This document shows positions 1-12,502 of a stretch of 37,594 nt of DNA, piece after piece. The notes beneath the pieces were generated by a model, which saw nothing but the letters and a program-made list of their open reading frames with translations, was not told the DNA's origin and searched no databases. Each line of letters begins with the position of its first letter. The first letter of the stretch is position 1. Made by a program: the position numbers and the translations under genes. The stretch is from Octopus sinensis (taxonomy: Eukaryota), in contig NW_021826208.1 of NCBI RefSeq assembly GCF_006345805.1, positions 1 through 37,594 on the forward strand, written 5' to 3'.

Positions 1-19
1 GTATGTATGTATGTATGTG

Positions 20-102
<83 letters not shown>

Positions 103-282
103 GTATGTATATATTATATAATATATATATATATATGTATGTATGTTTATGTGTATATTATATATATATATATATCTATGTATGTATGTGTATATATATA
201 TATATCTATTATATTCCATGTCTGTATTTAATTTTAACTGTTTACCTATATATATATATATATGTATGTATGTATGTATATA
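1..282. repeat. compound (TA)n/(TATG)n microsatellite
   Basis: Directly visible; the YI/VCM ORFs here are repeat translations. Confidence 0.95.
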
Positions 283-452
283 TACGTGTGTGTGTTTCTG
301 TTTGAGTATGTCCCTCACCACCACTTGCCAATCAGTGTTGGTGTGTTTATCTCTCCAAAACTTGGCGGTTCGACTAAAGGAGTCCGGCAGAATCAGTACC
401 AAGCTTTAAAAAGTATTACTGTCGATTTATTCGACTAAAATTTCTTCAAGGC
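283..452 (+). mobile_element. degenerate 3' half of SINE family A
   Basis: gtgttggtgtgtttatctctccaaaacttggcggttcgactaaaggag... aligns by eye to the 3' half of the copy at 28533-28947. Confidence 0.6.
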
Positions 453-717
453 AGTGCGTGCGTGTGTGTGTGTGTGTCCGTGCGCATATGTATCGATGTA
501 TGTTCGTTATTGCAGTAGCAAGGCAATGTTTGATTATTTGTGGAGTATTGTTCTATATATCGTCACTGAATGTGTCGGGGCAGGGGATATTCAATGTGTG
601 TATATGTGTGTATATGTGTGGTATGAAGAGGTTATGATAGGGAGGTGAGGTATTGCAGTCGTCATTCTAATGCTATTTGTGGCTGTTATTGTCGTTTATG
701 ATGGTGGTGGTGGTAAT

Positions 718-790
718 ATGATTTAGCCCATGGTTAGCAACGACTGAACAGAGCTATGATCAAAGGCGTTCCAGCTATGAAGATCCAGTA
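718..790 (+). repeat. short interspersed repeat fragment (unclassified)
   Basis: Similar to the reverse complement of 12685-12755 (tttagccc...tatgatcaaaggcgttccagctatga vs ttatttcc...taggtcaaaggtatgccaacaatga). Confidence 0.4.
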
Positions 791-1159
791 TTTTACTCCA
801 ACAGTAAGTACATGTAATAGTACATAATCCAAATGTCTGACATTTTTAAAAATACATTTTGCGATTCGGAGATTTTGTACCCATTTCTAGTAGGTCGAGC
901 GACGACTCCTTTCAGGCTCCCTTCCCTATTGTTGCCATGGTAAGCGTTAACCGTGGCGGTAGCAGAGATGGGAAGGTGTGGTCGTCGAGGCAACCAGCCG
1001 TAACGGCAGCCGTCACGGACGAATCTTGAGTTTGTCACAGTTGACTGAATACTGAGCTGGTTTTTGTTCCTTTTCTCCTCTATCTTTCTTCCTTTCTGTC
1101 TCCCCTCCATACTATCAATATATCTATGCGTTTTCCTTCTAATCATTGTCTCCTCTCCC

Positions 1160-1260
1160 TCCTCCTCCTCTTACTATTACTACTACTACTACTACTACTA
1201 CTACTTATACCACCCATATCACCACCACCTCCACCAGTAGTAGTAGTAGTAGTAGGCAGT
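1160..1260. repeat. (CCT)n/(CTA)n/(AGT)n trinucleotide runs
   Basis: Directly visible. Confidence 0.9.
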
Positions 1261-1711
1261 GTGGCTAAAGTTGTTTCGGTGTCTCTCGGTGCAGATTTCT
1301 GCTTTATTAAGCACTAACAACACGGCCTTACCCCATTTCCACCATCAGTACCCCCTCCTACCCCCTGATCCCACACCTTCCATCTCCCTTACGTATCCAC
1401 CCCCCACCCCCGACCCCGCATCCCATTTCCCTTCATTTACTTTCATCTGACTCTCTGATCCACTGACCTTCGACCTCGTTCGCTGATTCCGAAAACAGAG
1501 ATATGACCTCACTGTCTATTTATCATTCCGGGTGGGAAAGACGTGCTGGGGAGGATGCTGTAATGAAATTGTTGTTGGTCTCCTTTTTCTTTTTTTTCTC
1601 CCTCCTCTTCTAATTCTTAGCATCATATTTTTTATCATCTTTATCTCCAGCAACAACACCAACAATACCATCACCATCACTGTCCATCATAATCATCATA
1701 ATCATACTTGC

Positions 1712-1836
1712 TATGTAGTAGTAGTAATAGTAGTAGTAGTAGTGTAGTAGTAGTAGTAGTAGTATTAGCAGCAGTAGTAGTAATAGTAGTAGTAGTAGTA
1801 GCAGCAGTAATAGTAGTAATAGTAGATAGTAGAAGT

Positions 1837-1877
<41 letters not shown>

Positions 1878-1906
1878 TAGTAGTAGTAGAAGCAGCAGCA
1901 GCAGTA

Positions 1907-1943
<37 letters not shown>

Positions 1944-2010
1944 AAGCAGCAGCAGTAGTAGTGGTAGTAGTAGTGGTAGTAGGTAGTAGTAGTAGCGATG
2001 ATGATGATGC
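1712..2010. repeat. compound (AGT)n/(AGC)n/(GAT)n microsatellite
   Basis: Directly visible; source of the poly-S/V/L ORFs. Confidence 0.95.
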
Positions 2011-2564
2011 TCAATTATTACTTTTGCTCTCCTCTACACCGTGTCCTTTCCATCTTCCTGTTCTACCTACTCTCCATCTTCTTTCCTTGTATCTCTCCCA
2101 TCATCTTTTCTATCTTTTCAAATTCTCCTCCTCCTCCTCCTCCCCCTCCTCCCCGTCGTCGCCGTTGTCCTCGTCGTCCTCCTCCTCATCCTTTTTCTCC
2201 TCCCCCTCCTTCCTATTCTTCACCTCCCACTCACCTAGTCTCTTTTTCACACCTCTTGCTCTTCCATCCTTTATCAATATCTCTCCATCTAATTTCCCCC
2301 TTTGTACTGCCGAGCTCATAACACTTTTTCTATGTGTATATATATATATATATATATATTTGCACATACAACGCAAATACATATACATATGTCTGACAGT
2401 GGTGGTAGGCGTTTTGGTGTACGTGTGTATGTGTGTGTTTTGTTTTCAAAGTTTACACCATTGCTTTGTATATACACACACACTCTCACTTGACTCGCAT
2501 GCATAGACACACATTAGAATAATAGACAACTAAAAATAGATCAGTTATATGCATTATATATATG

Positions 2565-2726
2565 TGTGGTGTGTGTGTGTATGTGTGTGTATATATATAT
2601 TTTTTATATATATGTATAGTAGTAGTAGAAGTATATATATATATATATATAATATATATATACTACATACATATATATATATATATAAATATATATATAA
2701 ATATATATATATATATACATACATAA

Positions 2727-2779
<53 letters not shown>

Positions 2780-2815
2780 ATTATATATTATATATTATAT
2801 ATACGTATATAGATA
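2565..2815. repeat. (GT)n/(TA)n microsatellite
   Basis: Directly visible. Confidence 0.95.
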
Positions 2816-3250
2816 TATGCCTATGTGGGCACAGGACGTCATGAAACGTGTACAACATAAAATACATAGTACGTGTACATGGAATATGAAGTATTTCTTC
2901 GAACAGCGAAAGACGCAATTGGTAAACAAGACAAACAACATAAAGAACGATTCTTCATATGTTTTGGGCTGATTTTCTACTCTCGTATTTCGAGCATTTA
3001 ACAACAATATACGTTTTCGATAAAACAGTTGCTCCCGCAAGACAAATTATATAAAATTTGGGATTTTGCGGAGGGTCAAAATTGGTAACACAAACAGGAC
3101 AGTGAAAACAAATAGGAAGGGCTGCTAAGCCTAAACGCGTAAAACAAGCTTGGACAGGAGACAGACAAGAACATGTCTTCCTTGTTCCTGCTACAACGGA
3201 GAGAAAGAAACACAAGTTTGGATAAGAAAGATGGCTAATGGTCACGTGTG
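2815..3250 (-). repeat. unclassified interspersed repeat abutting a microsatellite (possibly Penelope-like)
   Basis: Its terminus (atgtgggcacaggacgtcatgaaacgtgtacaaca, 2823-2857) recurs in diverged form at about 3505-3540. The class assignment is inference only. Confidence 0.35.
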
Positions 3251-3429
3251 AGCCACGTGAGCAAGGGAGGAGGAGTGAGAGAGAGAGAGAGTGACAGATT
3301 AATAGGATAGAATAGTGGGAGAAGTGGAGGTAAAAGAATAAGAAAGAGAAAAAGAGAAAAACGAAAGAGTAAAAAGATCGTATAGACTACGCATCAGAAT
3401 TATTAAGAGTATGCGTGACGTTCAATCAT

Positions 3430-3463
3430 ATATTAATAATAATAATAATAATAATAATATATA

Positions 3464-3498
<35 letters not shown>

Positions 3499-3594
3499 TG
3501 CATATATGGGAATAGGATGTTATAAAACGTGTACAACAACAAAAAAAACGAAGTACGAGTACGCACACACACACACAGAGACATACACACACAG

Positions 3595-3629
<35 letters not shown>

Positions 3630-3679
3630 ACACACACAACACACCACACACACCATACATATATATATATATATTATAT

Positions 3680-3715
<36 letters not shown>
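3430..3715. repeat. (AAT)n, (GATA)n, (CA)n, (TA)n microsatellite cluster
   Basis: Directly visible. Confidence 0.95.
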
Positions 3716-4339
3716 GGGTATTCAGAAGTCCCTCCGCAGTAAGTATTTTATTACAAAATAAATATTTATAAGATGGTAGAAGACTACAAAAAAGAAATAT
3801 TAGACTTTACCAGATTTTAAAATCTTTATAAGAAGTGTTGAAAGTATCGTCCTTCATTTTTAATGCATAAAATTTAATTTCGTTTTTACTGTCGTGTGAG
3901 CACATCCTAGGCTGATTTCCTTTTTCCTGTGACAATTTGCGTAAGGACTTTGACGGGCTTGCCAACAGTTTATCAGGAATATTGGAGTGTTTCGTCTGAA
4001 AGAACAGTAAGCCTACCGCTTCTTGCTGCGTCTTCCACTGAGCCTGTGTTTCTGAATTTTCTTGTTGTTCATTCATTGAATTATGTAAAACGTTTGAGAA
4101 AGAAACCTAGCAAAAGATACATCGAAAGCAAAATTTTCACCCTTAATAATGCGTCCCCATTTTATTATTTTGCTTGTGTGGACCCACAAAATCTGAGATG
4201 GATCCCGCAAGAGTCTCTGAACACCGGCCGAGAACCAGTGAATTACACTTATCATCCAGCATTGGATACAGCAAACATCATGTTTACGACTGTCACCACC
4301 TTCACTACCACCAGTATTCTATATACAAACAATGTCACA

Positions 4340-4480
4340 AGCACCCAACCAACGTTTCTCGCCATTACCACCAACGCCGCCACCACCACCACCACCACCA
4401 CCACCACCTTCACCACCAGCATCACTACCATCACCAGCACCACCTTCACCACCAGCATCACCACCACCACGATCATAACC
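4340..4480. repeat. (CAC)n low-complexity tract
   Basis: Directly visible; gives the poly-T/poly-H ORFs. Confidence 0.9.
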
Positions 4481-5467
4481 ATCGTACTACGCACACACCC
4501 ATCAAAGGAACAACAAAGGAAAGAGCAAAGCCGAAAAGAATATTAATGTTTGCCCTATCTTTTAAAAGAGGGAGTTGAGGTTGAGTGGGGGGGGAGGGGG
4601 GAGAAGGGGAAGGGGATTGTATTGGAGAGCGGAGAGAGAAATATATTGAAGGAGGAGGAGGAGGAGGAGGAGGAGGAAGGGGTGGAAGGTGAGTATAAGA
4701 GAAAGTTAGAAAAAGATATGAAAAGGGTTAAGCATTAAATAGGAACTGCAAATAGGGAGATCGAAATATTAATCTTGGAAATACGAGAAAATATTTCCAA
4801 AGTCTAACCGAGAGGTCGACGAAATAAACATTGAATTACACTAAACTTGGAGTTATAATATAATAATATATTAAATAATACAGACGAAATAATGACTGAA
4901 AAAAGAAGACACATATATCAAAATATAATACAACAATTAGATGGTTTTTAGTTGTCCTTTCAGATACCGGCATTCCCGCGTTGCAGTCACGTTATGTGAT
5001 TTTGCGCTCATGAGAATTGTGAAGTATGATTGCTAATTTCAGAAGCCATCTGTAATTTCGCTCTTGCGGAAACTCGGATAAATCTACAAAATTTTAAAAC
5101 ATTTTCTTCTCAGAAAAAAAAGGCCAGTTCTCGCTGTTTCAGCTGAGATCAAATAAACAATTGAAAAACATTCTAATCGCCATCCATTCGTCCATCCATC
5201 CGTCCATCGATCCATCGATCGATCCATCCACCCATACATCCATCCATACGTACATACGTACATACATTTATGTGTGTGTCACCGCGCGTAAGCAATTTTT
5301 GTGTGCGTCACTATTAATATTTACGGAGTGTGATTTATTTTATTTTATTTTATTTAGTTTCAGTTCACGAGCTGTGGCCATGCTGGGGCACCGCCATTTG
5401 ATGTGAAATTTTACACTGAATGTTTCTGTTTGTCTATATTTTCTTGGGTCACAATGAACGTTTATCC

Positions 5468-6006
<539 letters not shown>

Positions 6007-7290
6007 GATGAGTGGTGTTTTTACCTTGTTAACAATTAATAGTATCAGTGGAATTTTCGAAACATGTGTCGAAAGTAAAAATATTTGATTACACCTACGT
6101 TAACTCCATTTTTTTATTCATATATATATACACCATCACCACTACTATCATTAACACCAAAACCAATATAATCACTGCCATGACCAATCCACCAACTCCT
6201 TCATGACCATCAATAGCAGCAATGAAGCGAAGATAGTATGAATGAGATAAACAGCCCCTTTTTAAATAAAACCCACCTTCGTGAGATATTGTGGTACGGT
6301 AGAGTATTTTAAATGTTGAATGAAATGCTTTTGATTTTAGGCCAATGAAGATCGACTTAAGATTAAACAGCAACAAGAATATTAACAAGAACCTTATGAC
6401 CAGCACAACCACAAACAGCACCTCCAGTATCACCATCATCAGTACAAGACCAATTCGACTAATTTCACTACCCCTGTCAACCCATCAACTTTTAAATAAC
6501 AGACTGGCAGCAACAATAATAGTATAAACACCATAGCAACATCTGTAGCTACATATGTTATATGTCAACACAGTGGAGGTGTATGTGTGTGAGTGAGGGA
6601 GAAAGAGAGAGAGAGTAAACTGTGTTGTCTTTATGACCCAAATGAGAAGTGGAAGGAGTGATGTGTCATAAACTTGGTAATCCTTCAACTAACTATGATC
6701 ATACAGTACTTCCCCCTACCTCATCCCTTCACCCTTTCATCGTCTCATTTCTATTCTTGCATCATATCACCACTGGGCATTTCCTCCCAGAAGAAACATC
6801 AAATGATTTTTGGAAGCATTAAGTCTTGGTGCTGATTCTTTTCTACATTTTTTGTGTGGATAATTGTAAATTTCTACTGCTGTTGGAATTACCTACAATT
6901 CAAGATGTCTGGAAGAAGCCAGGTAACTTGAATTGCAACTGAAGGTAGTATTGTGTAAATGAAGCGTAAAAGAATTACATATAAAAAAAAGCTTGATGCG
7001 AGAGAAAAATCAGTCATGTCAAAACATCAAAGCTTGCACAGTCTACAGTGAGTGAGAGCAATAATTGACAACACAGAGAAAATTCACTGATGAAGAATTT
7101 ATTCTTAAACTGTTAAAACTTAATTTTTTTCATGGATCTAGCGAATGGCTCTTGGGTGTATGGATTGAGGATCATACTCGACATAATGTGCCGATAAGTA
7201 CAATAGTAATTCAAAAAAGGTTTGTATGACGATTTCCAGAAAAAGGAAGGTGAACTTACTAAAGAAAACCCTTTTTCTGACTAGTAAAGG

Positions 7291-7722
7291 TTACTCTTAC
7301 TCTTTACTCTTTTACTTATTTCAGTCATTTGACTGCGGCCATGCTGGAGCACCGCCTTTTAGTCGAGCAAATCGACCCCAGGACTTATTCTTTGTAAGCA
7401 AATCGACCCCAGGACTTATTCTATCGGTCTCTTTTGCCGAACCGCTAAATTACGGGGACGTAAACACACCAGCATCGGTTGTAAAGCGATGTTAAGGGGA
7501 GGGGGGACAAACAGACAGACAAATACACACACACATATATATATATATATACATATATACGACGGGCTTCTTTCAGTTTCCGTCTACCAAATCCACTCAC
7601 AAGGCTTTGGTCGGCCCGGGGCTATAGTAGAAGGCACTTGCTCAAGGTGTTATGCAGTGGGACTGAACCCGGAACCATGTGGTTGGTAAGCAAGCTACTT
7701 ACCATACAGCCACTTCTGCGCC
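7291..7722 (-). mobile_element. tRNA-derived SINE family A, full length
   Basis: The minus strand begins ggcgcagaagtggctgtatggtaag (A-box-like) ... gggttcagtccc (B-box-like), has an internal (TA)/(TG) tract, and ends in a (GTAAAAGA)n tail. Near-identical to the other copies in the window. Confidence 0.92.
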
Positions 7723-8195
7723 TTTGAAAGATTTAAGGTCGCTTTGAATGATTTAAGAAGCACTTGAATTTGCACAACATAAAAATGACTGATGAAGCTG
7801 TCAGTGCTAATGCAAAGGCTACAAATAATTATCCCGAGCAGCTGAAAAAAAAGTTGTTGCTGAAAAACGTTGTGACTTAAATTAGCTTATATACACCAGC
7901 CAATAGATCAATGTATGATAGCTAACATCATGACATATTATCTGAGAACTTTCAAACAACTTATGAAAGAAAATGACAGGAGAACAAAAATATAGCTAGA
8001 GACATTTTGGAAGAAATTCAACATAATGACATTGTAGAAAACATAGGTGAATCATGGGGTGAAGTAAAACCCTCGACTTTGAACTGTGCTTGGAAAAATT
8101 CATGGCCAGACTATTCGGATACTTGTTTTCCGCAAGTAGAATGTCTGCATAAAATTAGGAAAGATTTTATTACACTTGCAAGTGATGACGGGTTT

Positions 8196-8724
8196 GAGGA
8201 AGTCATCGTCATCATCATCATTGTTCGACCGTGGTCGAGACAATGGAATTTACCATGCTACGCCAGACTTCGCGGTCCATCATGGCATTACGGAGGTCCT
8301 GTTGTTGGATGCCTGAATCCCTGGAGATTACATCAGGGTAGGAGAGTGTGCGCCCTCTGGTATCGCGAGTAGATGGCTTCCAGAGGAGAAGAGTAGAAAT
8401 TACCTTGTTTTCAGCTCTACAACAATGTCCAGCAAACTGGACTCTCTTACCTTTCGCAAGAGATGACACAGGTGGTAGTTTCCCATATATTTGCATTTTG
8501 GTTGGATGGCGCTTCCACGAGAGATTTTGAGCTCTCATAAGGAGACGAGTGTAGGTCCCATCCAACCGCCTCACAAGCTTCTTTGATAACGTCCAGGTTT
8601 CTGAGCTATATAGTAGAATTGGTTTGACTGTGGCTTTGAAGATTTTAAGTTTGAAGTCTCTACTTAGATTTGATGACCAGATCTTATGCATGTCATTACA
8701 GGCTGACCAGGCCGAGGAAGTCAT
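8196..8724 (-). mobile_element. 5'-truncated RTE-clade LINE, copy 1, with 11-bp TSD
   Basis: Encodes the RT C-terminus AWSACNDMHKIW...IFKATVKPILLYSSETWTL...FAGHCCR...W. The stop codon is followed by a (TGA)n tail. TSD gaggaagtcat at 8196-8206 and 8714-8724. Confidence 0.92.
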
Positions 8725-9171
8725 AGAGGATGATGTAATTGAGTTCTTAGTGTTCTATAGAGAAAATCTATGTAACAGGGAGCTAATGCTGTTGGAATAA
8801 AAGCAAGATGGGAATACAGATGGGAATACACAGGTACCAGCAAATCTGCTTAAATTGACTGCAAAGAATATTGGTCAAAAAAGAATTTACAATGAGCTCA
8901 GTTCTAACACTGAGTTATACAAAAAAAAAAAAAAACTGTGCCCCATAAACATGAAACAAATTTGGATAAGCCATTCACCTAACAAGTATATGTTGAAAAT
9001 GATGAGCTACACGATAAAACAGTATCTCTCATCCTCCAGGTAACGTTTATTCTGAACAATTACCGTTCACACAAAAGGTGACATACTTTATGGTAAGGAT
9101 GTACCTGTTACGATATTACGATTCATACTGATTCCCTAACGTATTTCTCTTCAAATATTTAAATAGAAGTT

Positions 9172-9444
9172 CGGACATAGCTGTGTGGTAAGAATCTGGC
9201 TTCCCAACCACCTGGTTCTGGGTTCAATCCCACTGCGTGACACCTTGGGTAAGTGTCTTCTACTATTGCCTCGAGTCAACCAAAGCCTTGTGAGAGGGTC
9301 TGGTAGACGGAAACTGAAAGAAGCCAGTCGTATACATGTGTGTGCGTGTGTGCGGGTCTTTATGCCAGTTTATGTACCCCGCTACCGTTTGACAACAGCC
9401 GGTGTTGATGTGTTTATGTCCCCGTAACTTAGTGGTTCAGAAAA
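9172..9444 (+). mobile_element. SINE family A, diverged, 3'-truncated
   Basis: gctgtgtggtaag...gggttcaatcccactgcgtgacaccttggg...ggtagacggaaactgaaagaagcc matches the family A head and body. Confidence 0.85.
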
Positions 9445-10640
9445 TGCAATGACAGAGTGTTGGGCACCTTTTGATTAGATGTGTTTGATCAGGCAATTCG
9501 TCACGTGATTAATTTTGACTTTGATGAGGATTGCACACAGTGACAGGTATCTACATGTTCTTCTGCTTTAGATTTCATCCGTGGCTGGTCGTATGGATGA
9601 TAGCTTAGTTGGACAAGGGTTGCTGGCGACGTTTGTCCTTTTCATCGGGTATCCGATGTTCATTGTTTTGAAATCGATCGGCAAGAACTTTAATATATGA
9701 CAACAAAGTGAAGAAATTCTGGGTCTTTTGTTAAGGATTAAGGAGAGGGAATGGCTGAAGTGGATTTTCGCTGGGAAGTAAGGGTCACATTAAAAAAGTG
9801 CCTTCACAAACACAATAGTTAATTCCACCCCTACCTGAAAAGGGAAAAGAAAAACAACGTAAAGTTTATATCTGAACACATTTAGAAATCCAAAAGACAA
9901 GGAAAAGTCCAAATACTGCTTGGATGATCATAAAGAAGGCTCGGGCATGCCGAAATGTAACTAAAATCATCGTTGGATTTCGCATGTCTGGTGAATTATA
10001 ATGATCTGGATACTTTAAACCTTTTTCGATTATATTTTTTATATTTCCTTGTTTTTCTTTTTCTTTTCTTGAATTTAACTGAAGCAAAATGCATCACTAG
10101 TAACTCTGCTTTCCTTTCAAATCTTAATTCTATCCCTTAAAGATAAATCTGAAGAAATTTCAGGCCGCTTTAGCACGTTCTGTGCAATAAGTGAATTAAT
10201 CCAACGAACTAAGCAAACAAAATTTACAGTAAAATTAATTTAAACACTTTCTCAATTCCCAAAAGGAACGTCATACAAACAGAGTATAATAAATTCTCAA
10301 CAGATTTTGCTATTTCACTTGAAGCTATTTCATTTGAAACAAATATCAGCGATAAACTAAAGAAATTTTAGATAACTTTTATGGCTGTTTTAACTCTTTT
10401 ATAACTGTATCTGAGTTTCTTCGGTTGTTAATGAAGTGACCAGCAGTATTTCTAGGTTCAAATATTACAATAATATATCGAAGAAAATCAAGAAAATAGC
10501 TTAGAAAAGAGTAAAGAGGTGAGCCTGAACATAATGTCAAGCATTTTGGAGCACCATAAATGAAGTTTTTAAATTAACCATAGCTTTCTTTCGTTGAACT
10601 TATCCACATTAATGTAAGAATGTGGCCATGTTCAACAGTA

Positions 10641-11015
10641 TACTCTTTTACTCTTTTACTCTTTTACTTGTTTCAGTCATTTGACTGCGGCCATGCTGGA
10701 GCACCACCTTTTAGTACTTATTCTATCGGTCTCTTTTTGCCGAACCGCTAAGTGACGGGGACCTAAATACACCAGCATCGGTTGTCAAGCAATGCTAGGG
10801 GGACAAACACAGACACACAAACACACGCATACATATATATATACATATATACGACAGGCTTCTTTCAGTTTCCGTCTACCAAATCCACTCACAAGGCATT
10901 GGTCGGCCCGGGGCTATAGCAGAAGACACTTGCCCAAGATGCCACGCAGTGGGACTGAACCCGCAACCGTGTGGTTGGTTAGCAAGCTACTTACCACACA
11001 GCCACTCCTGCGCCT
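10641..11015 (-). mobile_element. SINE family A with an internal ~40-bp deletion
   Basis: (TACTCTTT)n tail at 10641 and head ...gccactcctgcgcct ending at 11015. Confidence 0.92.
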
Positions 11016-11739
11016 ATGTCAACAAACGTGAATAATATTAAATTTACTAGTGTTATTATGAACCTTAATACCTTCGTTGGGTTCAATGAATTATCATTAC
11101 TTCTGAGGATATTTTATTTACAACAGATTCCTGAAATCAAGATTAAAAAAAAAACTGAGATGCAGTGATTTTTTCCCCTATATTCAAATGTGGAGGTGAT
11201 CACCATGATTTAAGTACTGGAAAGCGTATGTACAACTAAACATGACTTATAAGAGCAAAACATATCCAGAGTGGTCACTTTATTTGCCAAAAGATAATCT
11301 CCTAACTGCTATTTAAGTATTTATATAGATTTTAATTAATTAGTGGAGAAGGCTAGCCACTGGATTTGGTTAAAAAGAGACGATGAGCGATGGCTAGAAG
11401 AATATTAAGCTTTATTTGATAACCAGTTGATCAAGCAAGCGGGGTTTCATATTAGTGAGGGGGGGGGGGCGATGCGCATTGATGCCGTCGAGAGGTAGGC
11501 CCCGAAACGGCGCGCATTCTCTCCTACTGACCCCATGCACTTGCTGGCTTCCAGTATGAGGAGTTTCTGACTGGTAGCACTTGAATGTGTAAGTTGTTTG
11601 CAAGACATACAGAGTTATTTCCCTTGTCTTTCTTAACCAGAACTTTTCAATAAAATTAATATTTTTTTCTTTATATTGCATGTGTAATCATTGTTAAAAC
11701 ATGTATAGCTCAATATTGTATGAATGTTATTCCCCACTT

Positions 11740-12275
11740 ACTGCCTCTACTTGCTCACAACCAAAGTGACTACACCCCAACCTCTCTCGCTTTTCCACTC
11801 AGACTCTCAACAAATTTCCACTTATAACGCAGACCATCGCCAATTTAGCCAGATTCCGCATTTGACACTCCGTATATTTACACAATCCTCTAATCTCTTG
11901 ATATAACAGCAGCTACAAGTGGCTTCATGCCTGCTACCAAATGATAACATCGAAATTACAACAGAATGGGATACGAAGCAGTGCAAATGAATTATTAAAT
12001 CGTTGCCTATTGTGGAAAATGTAATATAATATTTACATACCATCAGATGTATCGAAAGTAGCAGAGTACCAGGAGTCTCACAAGGATCACTACTCGGACC
12101 AAATCTATTACTATTCATATAAAGACAAAGCTGAAGTTATTCCACTTTTTATGATTGCATCTGAGACAATTCTCACTGAATATCAATGTTGAAACGTATT
12201 TTTAAAAAGATCCGATTTATCAGCTCCGTTTAATTCAAATAAACTAGTATTAAACTCAGCAAGAAATAACTAAAC
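11740..12275 (+). pseudogene. degraded CR1-group (L2/Crack-like) LINE reverse transcriptase fragment
   Basis: LDITAA (~11898), PGVSQGSLLGPNLLLFI (RT QG motif, ~12068-12118) and FNSNKLVLNS (~12229-12258); many stops and frameshifts. Confidence 0.6.
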
Positions 12276-12283
12276 TCAACGCA

Positions 12284-12502
12284 TAATGATTTTAAATCTT
12301 GGTACAAGACCAGGAATTTCAGAGAGAAGGCAAGTCGATTTCATTGACCTCAGTGCTCAACTGGTAACTTATTTTATCGACCCTTAAAGGATGACAGGCA
12401 TAAATCAACCTCAGCGGAATTTGAACTCAGAAAGGTAAAGACAGACGAAATGCCACTAAGCATTTCACCCGGTGTGCTAACGATTCTGCCAGCTCGGTGC
12501 CC
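12284..12502 (-). mobile_element. tRNA-derived SINE family B, diverged
   Basis: Reverse complement matches gagctggcagaatcgttagcacaccgggtgaaatg...ctgagttcaaattccgctgagg...gggtcgataaaat..ccag. Confidence 0.85.

Larger units (their letters stand above)
6905..8800 (+). pseudogene. pogo/Tigger (TIGD1-like) DDE transposase fossil, interrupted by a SINE and an RTE LINE
   Basis: Manual translation across frameshifts gives KRKRITYKKKLD (psq-HTH-like, ~6960), GVWIEDHTRHNVPISTIVIQ...LYDDFQKKEGE...TSKG|FERFK (CENP-B HTH, split by the SINE) and LHNIKMTDEAVSANAKA..YPEQLKK (~7780). It continues as QPIDQCMIAN..YYLR (third catalytic D region, ~7900) and DIVENIGESWGEVKPSTLNCAWKN..W..GFEEV|IEDDVIEFL (split by the LINE). 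The central DDE part is largely deleted. Confidence 0.85.

Noticed and set aside
793-1146. 117-aa minus-strand ORF
   Set aside because: No recognisable domain; its N-terminus derives from a CT-rich low-complexity tract.
3929-4546. 205-aa ORF and the overlapping 89-aa minus ORF (3807-4076)
   Set aside because: No recognisable motif; the length is inflated by the (CAC)n tract. A ~10-bp terminal similarity (3717 vs ~4225) is too weak to call TIRs.
7087-7115. Hammerhead-like CTGATGA-hairpin-TAAAC
   Set aside because: GAAA box is broken, there is no stem I, and it lies within Tigger coding sequence.
8218-8724. 168-aa ORF as a host gene
   Set aside because: It is a truncated RTE RT C-terminus, and its ATG comes from the target-site duplication.
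9572-9700. Acceptor-preceded 43-codon frame with a hydrophobic, TM-like stretch
   Set aside because: Short, no homology recognised and no partner exons; expected by chance in T-rich DNA.
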